Positions 1 through 9,101 of a DNA stretch of 64,000 bases are shown one piece after another (position 1 is the stretch's first letter; each line of letters opens with the position of its first letter). Location: NCBI GenBank assembly GCA_030745655.1, contig JASLOE010000002.1:38761-102760 (forward strand), written 5' to 3'. A model generated the notes under the pieces. The model saw nothing but the letters and a program-made list of their open reading frames with translations, was not told the DNA's origin and did no database searches. The stretch is from Nitrososphaerales archaeon (lineage in GTDB: Archaea > Thermoproteota > Nitrososphaeria > Nitrososphaerales > JACPRH01). The translations under genes and the position numbers were made by a program.

Positions 1-514
1 CATTATTTGAGATCACTTCATCTGCAAGAGAAATAATTCTTAGTATTCCTACAGAAATTTCACGTTCGTCTCTTTTTTCAAAAGGTTTCCTTGATTCTGG
101 TGAATCTTTTCTTCTTCTTCCTCTTAGATAATTGTATCTTACTTCTGGGGATCCGTGAATGGCTAGTATCTTGACTTCACCTGCATCTTTGAAGACTTCT
201 ATCTCCTCAATATTTCTAACTCCATCAACTCCAACTACTTTTTTCTTTGATGATAGAATCTTAGGAAGAGTAAGTTGTGCAATTGCTGTCATTCCATTTT
301 TACGTCTCATATCCAACATAACTGAGCCTACATTCTTATCTGTCAACGGGAGGTCTCGTCTAATTGTTTCTTCTCTTACGCCTTGACCCATATTTACTGT
401 ATCATAACCTAAATCTTTCACGATTTCGATAGCTGTAGTTTTTCCTGCACCCGGCATTCCTGTGAAGCATATGATGATTTTTTGATCTTTTATTTTTTTA
501 TCCTTACTTATCAT
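1..514 (-). CDS. P-loop nucleotide kinase-like protein (N-terminal ~171 aa; gene runs off the window start)
   Basis: Own translation of the minus strand from ATG (complement of 512-514): MISKDKKIKDQKIIICFTGMPGAGKTTAIEIVKDLGYDTVNMGQGVREE... It has a Walker A GMPGAGKT and an open frame to position 1. It is not in the ORF track because no stop lies in the window. Confidence 0.6.
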   Translation of the reverse strand, partial: MISKDKKIKDQKIIICFTGMPGAGKTTAIEIVKDLGYDTVNMGQGVREETIRRDLPLTDKNVGSVMLDMRRKNGMTAIAQLTLPKILSSKKKVVGVDGVRNIEEIEVFKDAGEVKILAIHGSPEVRYNYLRGRRRKDSPESRKPFEKRDEREISVGILRIISLADEVISNN

Positions 515-651
515 TTATAGATGACTCATGGTTGTCAGCATCATTTAATATGCTTTAATGTTATTAAAAAATCGAATTAATTTACCAATTAGCATTTGTT
601 GTAGTTAAATAAAACCAGAGAAATTGTAATCTTGAAAGTGATGTCTATAAT

Positions 652-1203
652 ATGCGAGCATTTATTGCTGTAGATCTAGTTGATGAAAATATAAAGATGG
701 ATATTCTAAAGATTCAGAAGGTATTATCTCAATCCGGAAGTGATTTAAAGTCTGTAAAACCACAGAATCTTCATTTCACTATACATTTCCTTGGTGAGAT
801 CAGTGAGCAAGAGGCCACCAATATATCTGGTATACTGAAAGATTTGGATGTTTTGTCATTCGAAATCTCATTTAGAGGTCTTGGGTACTTTCCAAATTCG
901 CGAAGGATTTCTGTAATTTGGGTTGGTGTTGATAATGGTGAAAAAGAATTTGTTGAACTGGCTAACCAGATTGAGAAAAAACTTGTACAAATGAATTATA
1001 GTTCTGACAGAAAATTTTTGCCTCACCTAACTGTCTGTCGTGTAAAAACTGGACGAAATAAAGATCAGTTAATCCATGCAGTTGAGGAATTTAGTGATGT
1101 AGATTTGGGTATGACTATGGTTTCTTCAGTTAAGTTAAAGAAGAGTTTGCTTACTCCAGAAGGTCCTATTTATACTGATATTTATGAAAAAGTTTTGAAA
1201 TAA
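652..1203 (+). CDS. thpR: RNA 2',3'-cyclic phosphodiesterase / 2'-5' RNA ligase (2H phosphoesterase)
   Basis: It carries the two H-x-T/S-x motifs of the 2H family (LHFTIHFLG and PHLTVCRVK). The 183-aa size is typical for LigT/ThpR. Confidence 0.85.
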   Translation: MRAFIAVDLVDENIKMDILKIQKVLSQSGSDLKSVKPQNLHFTIHFLGEISEQEATNISGILKDLDVLSFEISFRGLGYFPNSRRISVIWVGVDNGEKEFVELANQIEKKLVQMNYSSDRKFLPHLTVCRVKTGRNKDQLIHAVEEFSDVDLGMTMVSSVKLKKSLLTPEGPIYTDIYEKVLK

Positions 1204-1314
1204 TTAATATTATGAATTTGGCAATATCTCCAATTTCATAAATGAGCATATCAAATCATCTTTATATTAGATAGTGCGTCCATTGATATTGATCTTCAGT
1301 TAAAGTGAAAAATT

Positions 1315-2703
1315 TTGGTGACTATTGAAAGTATCTTGAAACAGGCCCAACATATGGTTGAACCTAAGTTAATGGAAGAAAAAAATGTTTTGAATATTGC
1401 AGAAGAAGTTAAACAACGAGTTGAAGATACTTCAAAGAGACACCTTATTGTGCATTCTGTTGAAATCGGTGGGTCTGTTGCAAAGGGTACTTGGTTGACC
1501 GATAATGTAGATGTCGATATATTTGTGAAATTTGATTCTACAATTTCTAAAAAACGTCTGGAGGATTTGGGAGTTAAGATTGGACGCGATGCCTTATTAC
1601 CTAACGATAGTTTTCTTAGATATTCCGAACATCCTTATGTTGAAGGGATTATTGATGGTGTTACATTTAATATAGTTCCTTGCTATGATGTAGTGAAAGG
1701 ATCATGGAAAAGTTCAGCAGATAGGTCACCGTATCATACTTCTTTCATGAAGAATCGTTTCAACAAGAGCTTAAAGAATGAAACTAGATTATTGAAAAAA
1801 TTTCTTAAAGTTTTAGGTCTTTATGGGGCAGAGATTAAAGTTAAAGGTTTCAGTGGTTATGTATGTGAGGTTCTTATACTCAAATATGGTTCATTTATTT
1901 CTGTTCTAAAAGCTATGTCTGATCTTGTTGGTGGAGAGATACTGAGTTTGGATGATGTCGATGAAGATATTACTGAAAAATTTGATACTCAGTTAGTAAT
2001 TCTTGATCCTGTTGATAATCGTAGAAATCTAGGAGCAGCAATATCTCCTGTCAATGTGACATCATTTATTATGGCTTCAAGATCCTTTCTTGAAAAACCT
2101 TCAATAATGTTCTTCAAAGATATTCCAGTCTCGAAGATAACAGATAAAGTCAGGAAATCTACTCTTCTTAACCACATTTCTATAGTTATTCTTAGACATG
2201 AGCCTCGTACAGTTGACGTTCTTTGGGGACAATTACATAGAAGCATAGATGGCCTTTCTAAGCAGATATCTAAAGCAGGTTTTAATGTTTTAAGAACTTC
2301 TGCTGCTAGTGATGAAGATTCGACTAGTACCTTCATTTTTTTGTTAGATTCTTTGGTTCTTCCCAAGTCTCAGATTAAGATGGGTCCTAATGTGAATATG
2401 AAAGGTGAAGTTTCAAAGTTTCTAGATAGTAATCTAAAATGGTCTAAATTGACGTGGGTAGGTAATGATCAGCGAATATATATTATGGGTGACAGAAGAT
2501 TTTTAGAGGTTGAAGAATTGCTTTATTCATTACTTGATGATACTGCGAAAGAGTCTGGTGTGGCACCCGGGTTAAAGCGAGCCTTGGAATCGGGGATCGA
2601 AGTTATTTCTGGAAAAAATATTGCTAAATCTGCTAGTGGACGGCAATGGCTTATAGAAGCGTTGTACAGAGTTGTTATTACAGATGAGTTCAGTTTCAGT
2701 TAA
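1315..2703 (+). CDS. cca: CCA-adding enzyme (class I, archaeal-type tRNA nucleotidyltransferase)
   Basis: 462 aa with the nucleotidyltransferase signature VEIGGSVAKGTWL...DVDIFV and an archaeal CCA-type body. The start is TTG 1315 or GTG 1318. Confidence 0.85.
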   Translation: MVTIESILKQAQHMVEPKLMEEKNVLNIAEEVKQRVEDTSKRHLIVHSVEIGGSVAKGTWLTDNVDVDIFVKFDSTISKKRLEDLGVKIGRDALLPNDSFLRYSEHPYVEGIIDGVTFNIVPCYDVVKGSWKSSADRSPYHTSFMKNRFNKSLKNETRLLKKFLKVLGLYGAEIKVKGFSGYVCEVLILKYGSFISVLKAMSDLVGGEILSLDDVDEDITEKFDTQLVILDPVDNRRNLGAAISPVNVTSFIMASRSFLEKPSIMFFKDIPVSKITDKVRKSTLLNHISIVILRHEPRTVDVLWGQLHRSIDGLSKQISKAGFNVLRTSAASDEDSTSTFIFLLDSLVLPKSQIKMGPNVNMKGEVSKFLDSNLKWSKLTWVGNDQRIYIMGDRRFLEVEELLYSLLDDTAKESGVAPGLKRALESGIEVISGKNIAKSASGRQWLIEALYRVVITDEFSFS

Positions 2704-3445
2704 AGTTAACTCTTTATCATCAAAACCATATATCGATATTCTTTGCTATCCTTCTTCAGATAGAAAAGTAGCAACACAAAGAGTGGAAGAGCTCCTTCAA
2801 CTAGGAGTTTCTGAAGTGATTTTTGAGGGTAAAACTAAGATCGGACGATTGGGACTTTTAGGTAAAGGTTGTGTAAGCCTTGCAGTTAAGGCAAAAATGA
2901 ATAATAAAATTCTTGCCTTAAAGATTAGGCGAACTGATGCAAATCGTCCTTCAATGCATAGAGAAGCAGGGCTTCACCGTATTGCAAATCAGGTTGATGT
3001 TGGACCAAAGCTACACAATGTATCTGATAATTTTATTCTTTTAGATTTAGTTATTGAGGATGGGATAGTTGATTGGATTAGAAATCTAAAAGGTCTAGGT
3101 TCTACTGCTCGGTTAAGAAATGTGATTCAAGAAGTATTAAGTCAGGCTTACAAGTTGGATCAAGCAGGACTTGATCATGGTGAATTAAGTAATTTAACGA
3201 AACATGTGTTCGTAGGTGATAAAGTTACCATTATTGACTTTGAGACTGCCAGCCAGAATAGAAGGGTCTCTAATGTTACTTCTTGTGTTCAGAATATATT
3301 CATTGGTGGTCCTCAGGCAAGCAAGGTACGAAGATTTCTTAGACTGAAGAATGTCGAACCAATCATTGATTCTATAAAAAAATATAAAGCTGAACGAAGT
3401 GTGAAGATTTTTGAGTCTTTATTATTAGATCTTAAACTGATTTAA
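2684..3445 (+). CDS. RIO-like atypical Ser/Thr protein kinase
   Basis: It has a glycine loop plus Lys (LGKGCVSLAVKA...ALKIRR), a catalytic-loop-like LDHGELSNLTKHVFV, and IIDFETAS in place of DFG, as in RIO-type kinases. The track ORF starts at 2672. ATG 2684 avoids most of the overlap with cca. Confidence 0.6.
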   Translation: MSSVSVKVNSLSSKPYIDILCYPSSDRKVATQRVEELLQLGVSEVIFEGKTKIGRLGLLGKGCVSLAVKAKMNNKILALKIRRTDANRPSMHREAGLHRIANQVDVGPKLHNVSDNFILLDLVIEDGIVDWIRNLKGLGSTARLRNVIQEVLSQAYKLDQAGLDHGELSNLTKHVFVGDKVTIIDFETASQNRRVSNVTSCVQNIFIGGPQASKVRRFLRLKNVEPIIDSIKKYKAERSVKIFESLLLDLKLI

Positions 3446-3578
3446 TTTAATTGAGCACAGAAACGCTTGTGGCAGTATCTACAGACGAGTTTTCAAACAT
3501 CTTAAGAACTGTATAAAAATATAATTTGGTAATGTAAGACGAAAGAATTAATACAACATATCTGGATTTGAAGATGAA

Positions 3579-3678
3579 GGGGCCGTCGTCTAGGGTTTCG
3601 AATGATTCAACGGACAATATGGTCAAGGATACCAACCCGGGGCGTTGGTGATCCAGGGTTCAAATCCCTGCGGCCCCA
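3579..3678 (+). tRNA. tRNA-Pro (anticodon GGG as read) with a ~24-nt insertion/intron in the D-arm region
   Basis: The 7-bp acceptor stem is perfect (GGGGCCG/CGGCCCC) with discriminator A. The T arm is CAGGG-UUCAAAU-CCCUG and the anticodon stem is CCAAC/GUUGG with loop CCGGGGC. The gene is 100 nt instead of ~76. The surplus lies between GUCUAG and UGGUCAAGGAU in the D loop. No CCA is encoded. Confidence 0.7.
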
Positions 3679-3706
3679 TCAAGAATTTTTTATATTTATT
3701 TGACAT

Positions 3707-4228
3707 TTGTTCTGCATAAGGATTATTAGGTTGAACAGGCATTCTTGTATTGTTAAATTGTCAATTAACGAAACTCTTGATAAATGTCATGGGTTCATCT
3801 TTCGTTTCGAAACTTGGGCTAATGTTAAGGATTCTCTTGTTGAGGCTTATGGCGCAGAAGCTGATTCGGTTCTCTTTAAAGCTGCCATAAATGCTGGTCG
3901 GAGGTCTGCTCATAGACGGCTTGAAGTAGTGAGAGATAAAAAAGAAGCTTTGAAGCTTCTTACAGCTTTTAAAGTGAGTCAGAATTGGGGAAAAATTGTT
4001 TTTTCTAAGATTAATTTCAAAACAAAGAAAGGCACTATCAATATTATAAATTCTTTCGAGGCAAATAAAATTAAATCTCTTAAACCGGTTTGTCACTTTT
4101 TCAAAGGTTATTTGCATGGGTTTCTTTCAGAATTTTTCCAACAAGATATGTGGGTCACTGAAAACATATGCAAGGCTCAAGGAGTACATCAATGTGAATT
4201 TACATTTTATCCAAAAAAGAATAATTGA
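3707..4228 (+). CDS. V4R (4-vinyl-reductase-like) domain protein
   Basis: The C-terminal pattern PVCHFFKGYLHGF...VTENICKAQGVHQCEFTF matches the C..G...G...E..C...G..C.F signature of V4R domains. Only TTG starts are available (3707, 3731, 3758). Confidence 0.55.
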   Translation: MFCIRIIRLNRHSCIVKLSINETLDKCHGFIFRFETWANVKDSLVEAYGAEADSVLFKAAINAGRRSAHRRLEVVRDKKEALKLLTAFKVSQNWGKIVFSKINFKTKKGTINIINSFEANKIKSLKPVCHFFKGYLHGFLSEFFQQDMWVTENICKAQGVHQCEFTFYPKKNN

Positions 4229-4395
4229 ATATGGGATGCGATAAGAATTACATATCTTGACTGAATAGTGTACAAATAACTTATAGAAATATGTAAAATT
4301 AGGTTTTAGTCTTCACTTTATTTGTGTTGCACATTTTCCATAGAATATTCTTGGTGGGGTTAGGTTTGCACCATATTCATGGCAAAACCTTCTTT

Positions 4396-4746
4396 TTAGT
4401 TTAGATGTCTTTTTGAGATTCTTATGATGTTTCTTTTGAGGTTCTTTCCTAGAATCGGTTTAATTTTCTTCTTCCAACTTGTTTTTTGATTTTTGTTTTT
4501 GAAACATAAATCTTTGTGGTCACTATCAATCCACCATCCGATATAATATACACGTGAACTTCTCATACGCCAAATATATAGCGTTCCTAGGTACGTTTTC
4601 TTTGTTCCTCGATAAAATTTAATGCCACATTCTTCCTCAGTCCTTTTATTAGATTGATAAAACTTCTCTGTAGTGCTAGAACTCATGTTTGACTTAACAA
4701 ATTTATAGGTGTCAATAAAAAGGGAAAAAACTTCATTACTATTCAT
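4396..4746 (-). CDS. hypothetical basic protein
   Basis: A 116-aa ORF with protein-like composition (VYYIGWWIDSDHKDLCF) and no recognisable family. Confidence 0.3.
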   Translation of the reverse strand: MNSNEVFSLFIDTYKFVKSNMSSSTTEKFYQSNKRTEEECGIKFYRGTKKTYLGTLYIWRMRSSRVYYIGWWIDSDHKDLCFKNKNQKTSWKKKIKPILGKNLKRNIIRISKRHLN

Positions 4747-5104
4747 TTGATAATAAGTGTGTGTTTATCCTTTTTAATCTTCCTGATGAGACTTAATCCC
4801 ACTTTTAATGATTTTTTTAACGGTCTTTTTCGTGGTTATAATCTTTTAACTATCTGAAAACATATGGATTATAACCGACAAGTGCAGGTTAAGACACATT
4901 TATCATCTTTTTTCTTGGTTTTATTTAATCAAAAAATAAGGTGTTTTTTTTGTGGAATATTAGGGTTAAACACCAGAATTTCAATGGTTTAAAGTGGGGC
5001 TTGGGCACAGGTATGTGACTCCTGCGCACGATGGGATTACATTTATCAGCCTGTCAAGGACTGCCACAATTCCGATGCACTGACTGAAAAAAAAATCCAG
5101 TTAA

Positions 5105-5143
5105 TCATAAAAAAAGAGAGGATTGATCCTTTTTCAGGATCAA
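5105..5143 (-). terminator. hairpin plus oligo-U directly after the PQQ-dehydrogenase-like gene
   Basis: The inverted repeat is TTGATCC (5123-5129) / GGATCAA (5137-5143) with a 7-nt loop. On the minus-strand transcript it is followed by UCCUCUCUUUUUUU. It begins 10 nt after the stop at 5153. Confidence 0.45.
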
Positions 5144-5152
5144 CTTTTTTCC

Positions 5153-7273
5153 TTATTGTTTTCTTTGTGTAAGTACTACTGCTGCAATTACTGAAATAAC
5201 AGCTACAGCTATAGCTGCATATGTCACTGTAGATGATATACCTACTTCTACTTCTGAAGTGACTGAAACAGTGTTTGTAGTTGCGATTGTACTGGTAGAT
5301 ACTGTTGTTGTTGTTGTTGCGCTTGTAACTGTGGTGGTCACTGCCTGTTGTGCACGTTCATTTAATCCAATTGCAATTAGTGTACCTGGTGTAGCTGGGC
5401 TGATTCTATTTCCACCGACACCAAGCATTGCAAATATCTTTTGATTTCCATCAGAGTCTTGACCAGTTGTAACTCCAACTGTTATATCTGAACCTAGGTT
5501 CATTTCACGTAAAAGTTCTCCAGTGTTTTTGTCGAAGTATCGCATGAAACCATCTTTGAAACCTGAGAAGAGTAAGTCAGATGAAACTACCATTTGAGAT
5601 CTTTGTTGATGATGTTCATAGAACCAGGTCCAAAGAACGGCTCCAGTCACGACATCTCGAGCAACTATTGTTGTATTCATTACACTTGAAGTTACACCTG
5701 TACAACTGAAGCAATCAGTTGGATTATCAAATGGTGGTGCACCGGATGTGTGGTCATTTCTTTGTAATGCTGCTGCATAATGGTATAAGGTATTGGTTAC
5801 TGGGTCATAAGACATATCTGTTGCGAAGAGACCGTTACTCCAATGTGGGTAAAGGTTACATGGGTCTCCACAGTATCTGCTACCATCTGGTGCTAACATT
5901 TCTCTCATGTCATAGTGAGAGAGAGGATCCATTTTATGATACTTGATACCACCTTCTGGAAATTCAAGAGTTCCTTCTATACCTATTTGTCCCCATAAAT
6001 ATTGTTCATTTACTACGTCAATTATGTGGATAGGTGAACCATCTGATGCATCAAGTATGTGTAGAAGTCCTTCTTTGCAGCCTTTCATATAGATTTTGCC
6101 GAGTGTTGGATGATCAGCCAAGATACCGCCCCAATTACAGTCATAGTCATAGGGATCTCGAGGCATAGGTTGACTCCACCATATTCGTTGACCAGCATTC
6201 ATATCTATGGCCATTATTGTGCTGCCGTAAAGTCTTGGTCCTGGTGTTTCTCCAATGTATGTGTAAGGTCCTTGATTACCTGTTTGTGTATACATATAGC
6301 CTGTGTCTTCATCGATTACTAGTTCACCCCAGTTAGCTGTTACACCTCCATGGATGCTTGGTGGTTCGTTGGGTTCTGCCCAATCCCACTCAAGGTTTTC
6401 TGGTGCCTGTGCTGCAACTGTGCTACATGGAATATCTCGGAACCAACCGGTATTACATTCCTGTAAAGCCCAGTCTTTTGATAAGACTTGATGAGGAGGG
6501 AAGCTATAGACTCTCCATAGGATATCATGGGTGTCCATATCTACACCTATTGTTGTGTGTCTGAAGTCTCCGTTTGCTAGTACTTGTGAATGTATTACTC
6601 CTGGAAGTACAACGACAAATTGTCGTCCTGCTTCATATGTACCTATGTTTGTTTGGCTTACTGCACCTTGTTGGTAGTCATACATGTTTCCAGGTATGTC
6701 TACACAGAGGTCTTTTACCCAAAAGGATTGTTCACCTGTATCTGCGTTTACACCGTAGAAGTCACATGCTAATCCCATGAAAATTAATGCGTTACCTGTT
6801 TCCCAATATCTGAATCCATGTAAATGTGTTTGAAGGATACCGCCAAAAGCTCCTCCATATCGAATAGGCAGTCTTTCTGATACTTCGTCTACATCAATAT
6901 CATAGGTATATGCCCATAGTCGTTCTCCTGTCTTTGCATCTACTGCATATGTCTTCAGAAAGTTTGTGGTTGTGAATACTTTGCCATCTCTAACTATGGG
7001 TGGAGTGGTAGAGCCTTGTTTTTCTCCTAATATTTGAACTCCTTCTCCTGCTGCATATGATCCTTCAAGTGGAAAAATCCATTTGACTTCAAGATCATTT
7101 ACATTATCTGTGTTTAACTGTGTCTGTGGACTATAGTTATGGCCCCATGAGTCGCCATTGACATAAACCCAATCTTGCGCGGATGTATCTAGAGGTCCTG
7201 CAAATGCCATTGCTGGCAGTATTGTACTGAATGTTAGAATAGTTATTGTTATAATTGTTTTGAAATTAATCAT
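5153..7273 (-). CDS. PQQ-dependent alcohol/sugar dehydrogenase-like beta-propeller, secreted, with C-terminal Thr-rich stalk and TM anchor
   Basis: It has a signal peptide (MINFKTIITITILTFSTILPAMAFA). The N-terminal signature is DWVYVNGDSWGHNYSPQTQLNTDNVNDLEVKW, typical of quinoprotein ADHs. Repeated DAxTGExLW motifs are present (DAKTGERLW, NADTGEQSFW, DVVTGAVLW, DKNTGELL). The C-terminus is TTTVTSATTTTTVSTSTIATT followed by a hydrophobic helix. Confidence 0.75.
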   Translation of the reverse strand: MINFKTIITITILTFSTILPAMAFAGPLDTSAQDWVYVNGDSWGHNYSPQTQLNTDNVNDLEVKWIFPLEGSYAAGEGVQILGEKQGSTTPPIVRDGKVFTTTNFLKTYAVDAKTGERLWAYTYDIDVDEVSERLPIRYGGAFGGILQTHLHGFRYWETGNALIFMGLACDFYGVNADTGEQSFWVKDLCVDIPGNMYDYQQGAVSQTNIGTYEAGRQFVVVLPGVIHSQVLANGDFRHTTIGVDMDTHDILWRVYSFPPHQVLSKDWALQECNTGWFRDIPCSTVAAQAPENLEWDWAEPNEPPSIHGGVTANWGELVIDEDTGYMYTQTGNQGPYTYIGETPGPRLYGSTIMAIDMNAGQRIWWSQPMPRDPYDYDCNWGGILADHPTLGKIYMKGCKEGLLHILDASDGSPIHIIDVVNEQYLWGQIGIEGTLEFPEGGIKYHKMDPLSHYDMREMLAPDGSRYCGDPCNLYPHWSNGLFATDMSYDPVTNTLYHYAAALQRNDHTSGAPPFDNPTDCFSCTGVTSSVMNTTIVARDVVTGAVLWTWFYEHHQQRSQMVVSSDLLFSGFKDGFMRYFDKNTGELLREMNLGSDITVGVTTGQDSDGNQKIFAMLGVGGNRISPATPGTLIAIGLNERAQQAVTTTVTSATTTTTVSTSTIATTNTVSVTSEVEVGISSTVTYAAIAVAVISVIAAVVLTQRKQ

Positions 7274-7541
7274 ATATTTTCAATTTATGCAATTTCCGTA
7301 GTAAATATAAGGTTTTTGTTTACGGTAAAATACAATAAAGAATAGAAATATTCTATTCGATAGATTTGAAAAGATAATTATATTAAATCGTGACTCTTGG
7401 CACACATTTGTGTGTCGAAGTCTTGCCCCCGACACAGTTTTTTTCCTTAGTGTTTTCCACTTGTATTCCACGAAAAAGAATTATTAATACACTTAATTTT
7501 CTTTTTGATTCATTAGTAATGTCTATATAAATATAAATTGA

Positions 7542-8372
7542 ATGAGGTTTCAATTGAATATCCGGCAGCCACTCTTAATATTATCAATAATATTAATCAT
7601 AGGAATAGCGGCAGTTTCAATATTTACGTATAGCCAATCAACAGAAATATCCATTCTATCTGAACAGAAGACTAATCTTGAGTCATATAGAGCAGATCTT
7701 ATGGGTCAGGTAGTTGAACTTCAAGCAGATCTCGCAGAAATTAGTGAAAAAAATCAACAACTAATTCAAGATATTTCAAGCAGAGAAGAATCCATTATTA
7801 CATTGGAAGCTGAGTTGGCAGAAGCAAAAACCCAAATTTCGGAACTTAGTAAACAAATTGATGAATTATTAATACAAATAGAAAATTTAGCTACCCCTAT
7901 TGACCAGCGCCATATAGATCCATTGATATTAGCAACACAAAACTGTGCACAATGTCATACTCAGGTAGTCGAACAAGCACTTGCAGGAGAATCAAACAGC
8001 TATCATAACACTCATTTTAATAATAATCTTCTAAATTTCAATTGTATAGACTGCCATAAAAGCGTCGACATCCAATCTGAATCAGAGGGGCTAAGTCGTG
8101 TGATAGATAATGCAACTTGCAAACTTTGCCATACCACCTTTCCAGATAAGTTATGGATGGATGATACAGATGATGCAAAATCTTTTGCATTGCGATTCCC
8201 TAATTGTGTAGTATGTCATGAAAACTGGGAAAGGCAAATGAAAGATGTAACATTTATAAATTTAGAAGTGATTACAAATAGTGATTGCAGAACCTGTCAT
8301 GTTGACAATGCATTCTTCGTTATTGAGAAGGATCCTATAACCATAGCATGCACAAAATGCCATATAGATTAA
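7542..8372 (+). CDS. membrane-anchored hexahaem c-type cytochrome on a coiled-coil stalk
   Basis: Six CxxCH motifs lie between 7944 and 8366 (CAQCH, CIDCH, CKLCH, CVVCH, CRTCH, CTKCH). An N-terminal TM helix is followed by ~90 aa of heptad-like E/L/Q-rich sequence. Confidence 0.75.
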   Translation: MRFQLNIRQPLLILSIILIIGIAAVSIFTYSQSTEISILSEQKTNLESYRADLMGQVVELQADLAEISEKNQQLIQDISSREESIITLEAELAEAKTQISELSKQIDELLIQIENLATPIDQRHIDPLILATQNCAQCHTQVVEQALAGESNSYHNTHFNNNLLNFNCIDCHKSVDIQSESEGLSRVIDNATCKLCHTTFPDKLWMDDTDDAKSFALRFPNCVVCHENWERQMKDVTFINLEVITNSDCRTCHVDNAFFVIEKDPITIACTKCHID

Positions 8373-8444
8373 ATGAAATAAACCTAATATTAGATGGGTG
8401 TTTAGTATTAATTCGATTGTTGTAATGTAAAATATAAATAATCT

Positions 8445-8765
8445 ATGAATAAGCCTATACTTGTCATCTTGAAAATAGCTTCACGAACTACCTTTAAATT
8501 GGCTGGTATAGTTTTATTGATTGTTGGTCTTTCAGTAGTTATCTATGCTGCTTTCTTCCTTGAGAGTTCTACATATTATATTGAGGCTTGGGATTCTGAC
8601 CAACCAATTTCATCAAGAGGCGAAACTCCGTTTCAACGGTATTTGACTGGATTGTTTGGTGTGTTAACCATTTTTCTAGGATATAAGGCATTAAGGTTTA
8701 TCCCGTATGATGAAAGAGATATTAAGAACGTTACGGAGTTTGACTTAGATCCTGAAAATAATTAA
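8445..8765 (+). CDS. small membrane protein (2 predicted TM helices)
   Basis: A 106-aa ORF with two hydrophobic segments and no recognised family. Confidence 0.4.
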   Translation: MNKPILVILKIASRTTFKLAGIVLLIVGLSVVIYAAFFLESSTYYIEAWDSDQPISSRGETPFQRYLTGLFGVLTIFLGYKALRFIPYDERDIKNVTEFDLDPENN

Positions 8766-9069
8766 TTGTCTGGAAGAGACTCAAATAGGGTATTTTTGAC
8801 AGACAGAACAAATATTAATAATTTTCATATTGACTAATTCAACGTTTTTTCCTTACTGCAGTTGTCTTTGGTTTAATTATGGCTACTTCACAAATCTTCT
8901 ATTGTCACTATGGGATTTTTATCATGCCACAAGTGTTACTTGTTACATTTATGACATCTGCTTTATCTGAATCTGAGTAAATTGCAAGGCAATTTGTACC
9001 TAGTTTCTCATGCTTGTATTTATCTAGATAAACTTAAGCAGTGATAAATAGGTACAGTTTAAGGTATAA

Positions 9070-9101
9070 GTTAACAATTAGGCGTTAACTTTGCTGTTAA
9101 C
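9070..9101. promoter_or_regulatory. cluster of three GTTAAC hexamers (14- and 12-nt spacing); fourth copy at 9240-9245
   Basis: The sequence reads aaGTTAACaattaggcGTTAACtttgctGTTAACtttt, with copies at 9070, 9084 and 9096. It sits inside a 600-bp non-coding gap upstream of the 9365 gene. Confidence 0.3.

Noticed and set aside
3579-4746. Integrated element next to the tRNA-Pro gene.
   Set aside because: There is no integrase, no direct repeat of the tRNA 3' end that I could find, and the adjacent genes (a V4R protein and a small basic ORF) are not diagnostic.
4784-4857. Possible C/D-box sRNA, with UGAUGA at 4784-4789 and CUGA at 4854-4857.
   Set aside because: There are no recognisable D'/C' boxes at the expected ~12-nt guide spacing, the element would be longer than typical archaeal C/D sRNAs, and I could not see a terminal stem.
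4990-5095. A locally GC-rich intergenic patch (GTGGGGCTTGGGCACAGG...GCACTGACTG) that might be a small RNA or gene fragment.
   Set aside because: I could not derive a convincing fold, and only short ORFs of under 40 codons without motifs are present. It is left unassigned and would need Infernal or RNA-seq.
5259-6780. Many 60-125-aa ORFs in the track lie antisense to or out of frame within long genes. Examples are 1989-2366, 5259-6780 (series), 16090-16612, 29699-30031, 46174-46779 and 60179-60538.
   Set aside because: They sit entirely inside much longer ORFs with clear family signatures. They have biased, low-complexity or Cys/Leu-rich composition and no motifs, so they are typical shadow ORFs.
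7280-7471. Track ORF of 63 aa in the divergent region between the PQQ-like and cytochrome genes.
   Set aside because: It lies in an A/T-rich promoter region, has odd composition, and overlaps the hairpin/T-run element. It is most likely non-coding.
8879-8980. A 33-aa hydrophobic ORF (MATSQIFYCHYGIFIMPQVLLVTFMTSALSESE).
   Set aside because: It could be a small membrane protein, but it has no SD and no conservation evidence is available, so it is too weak to list as a feature.
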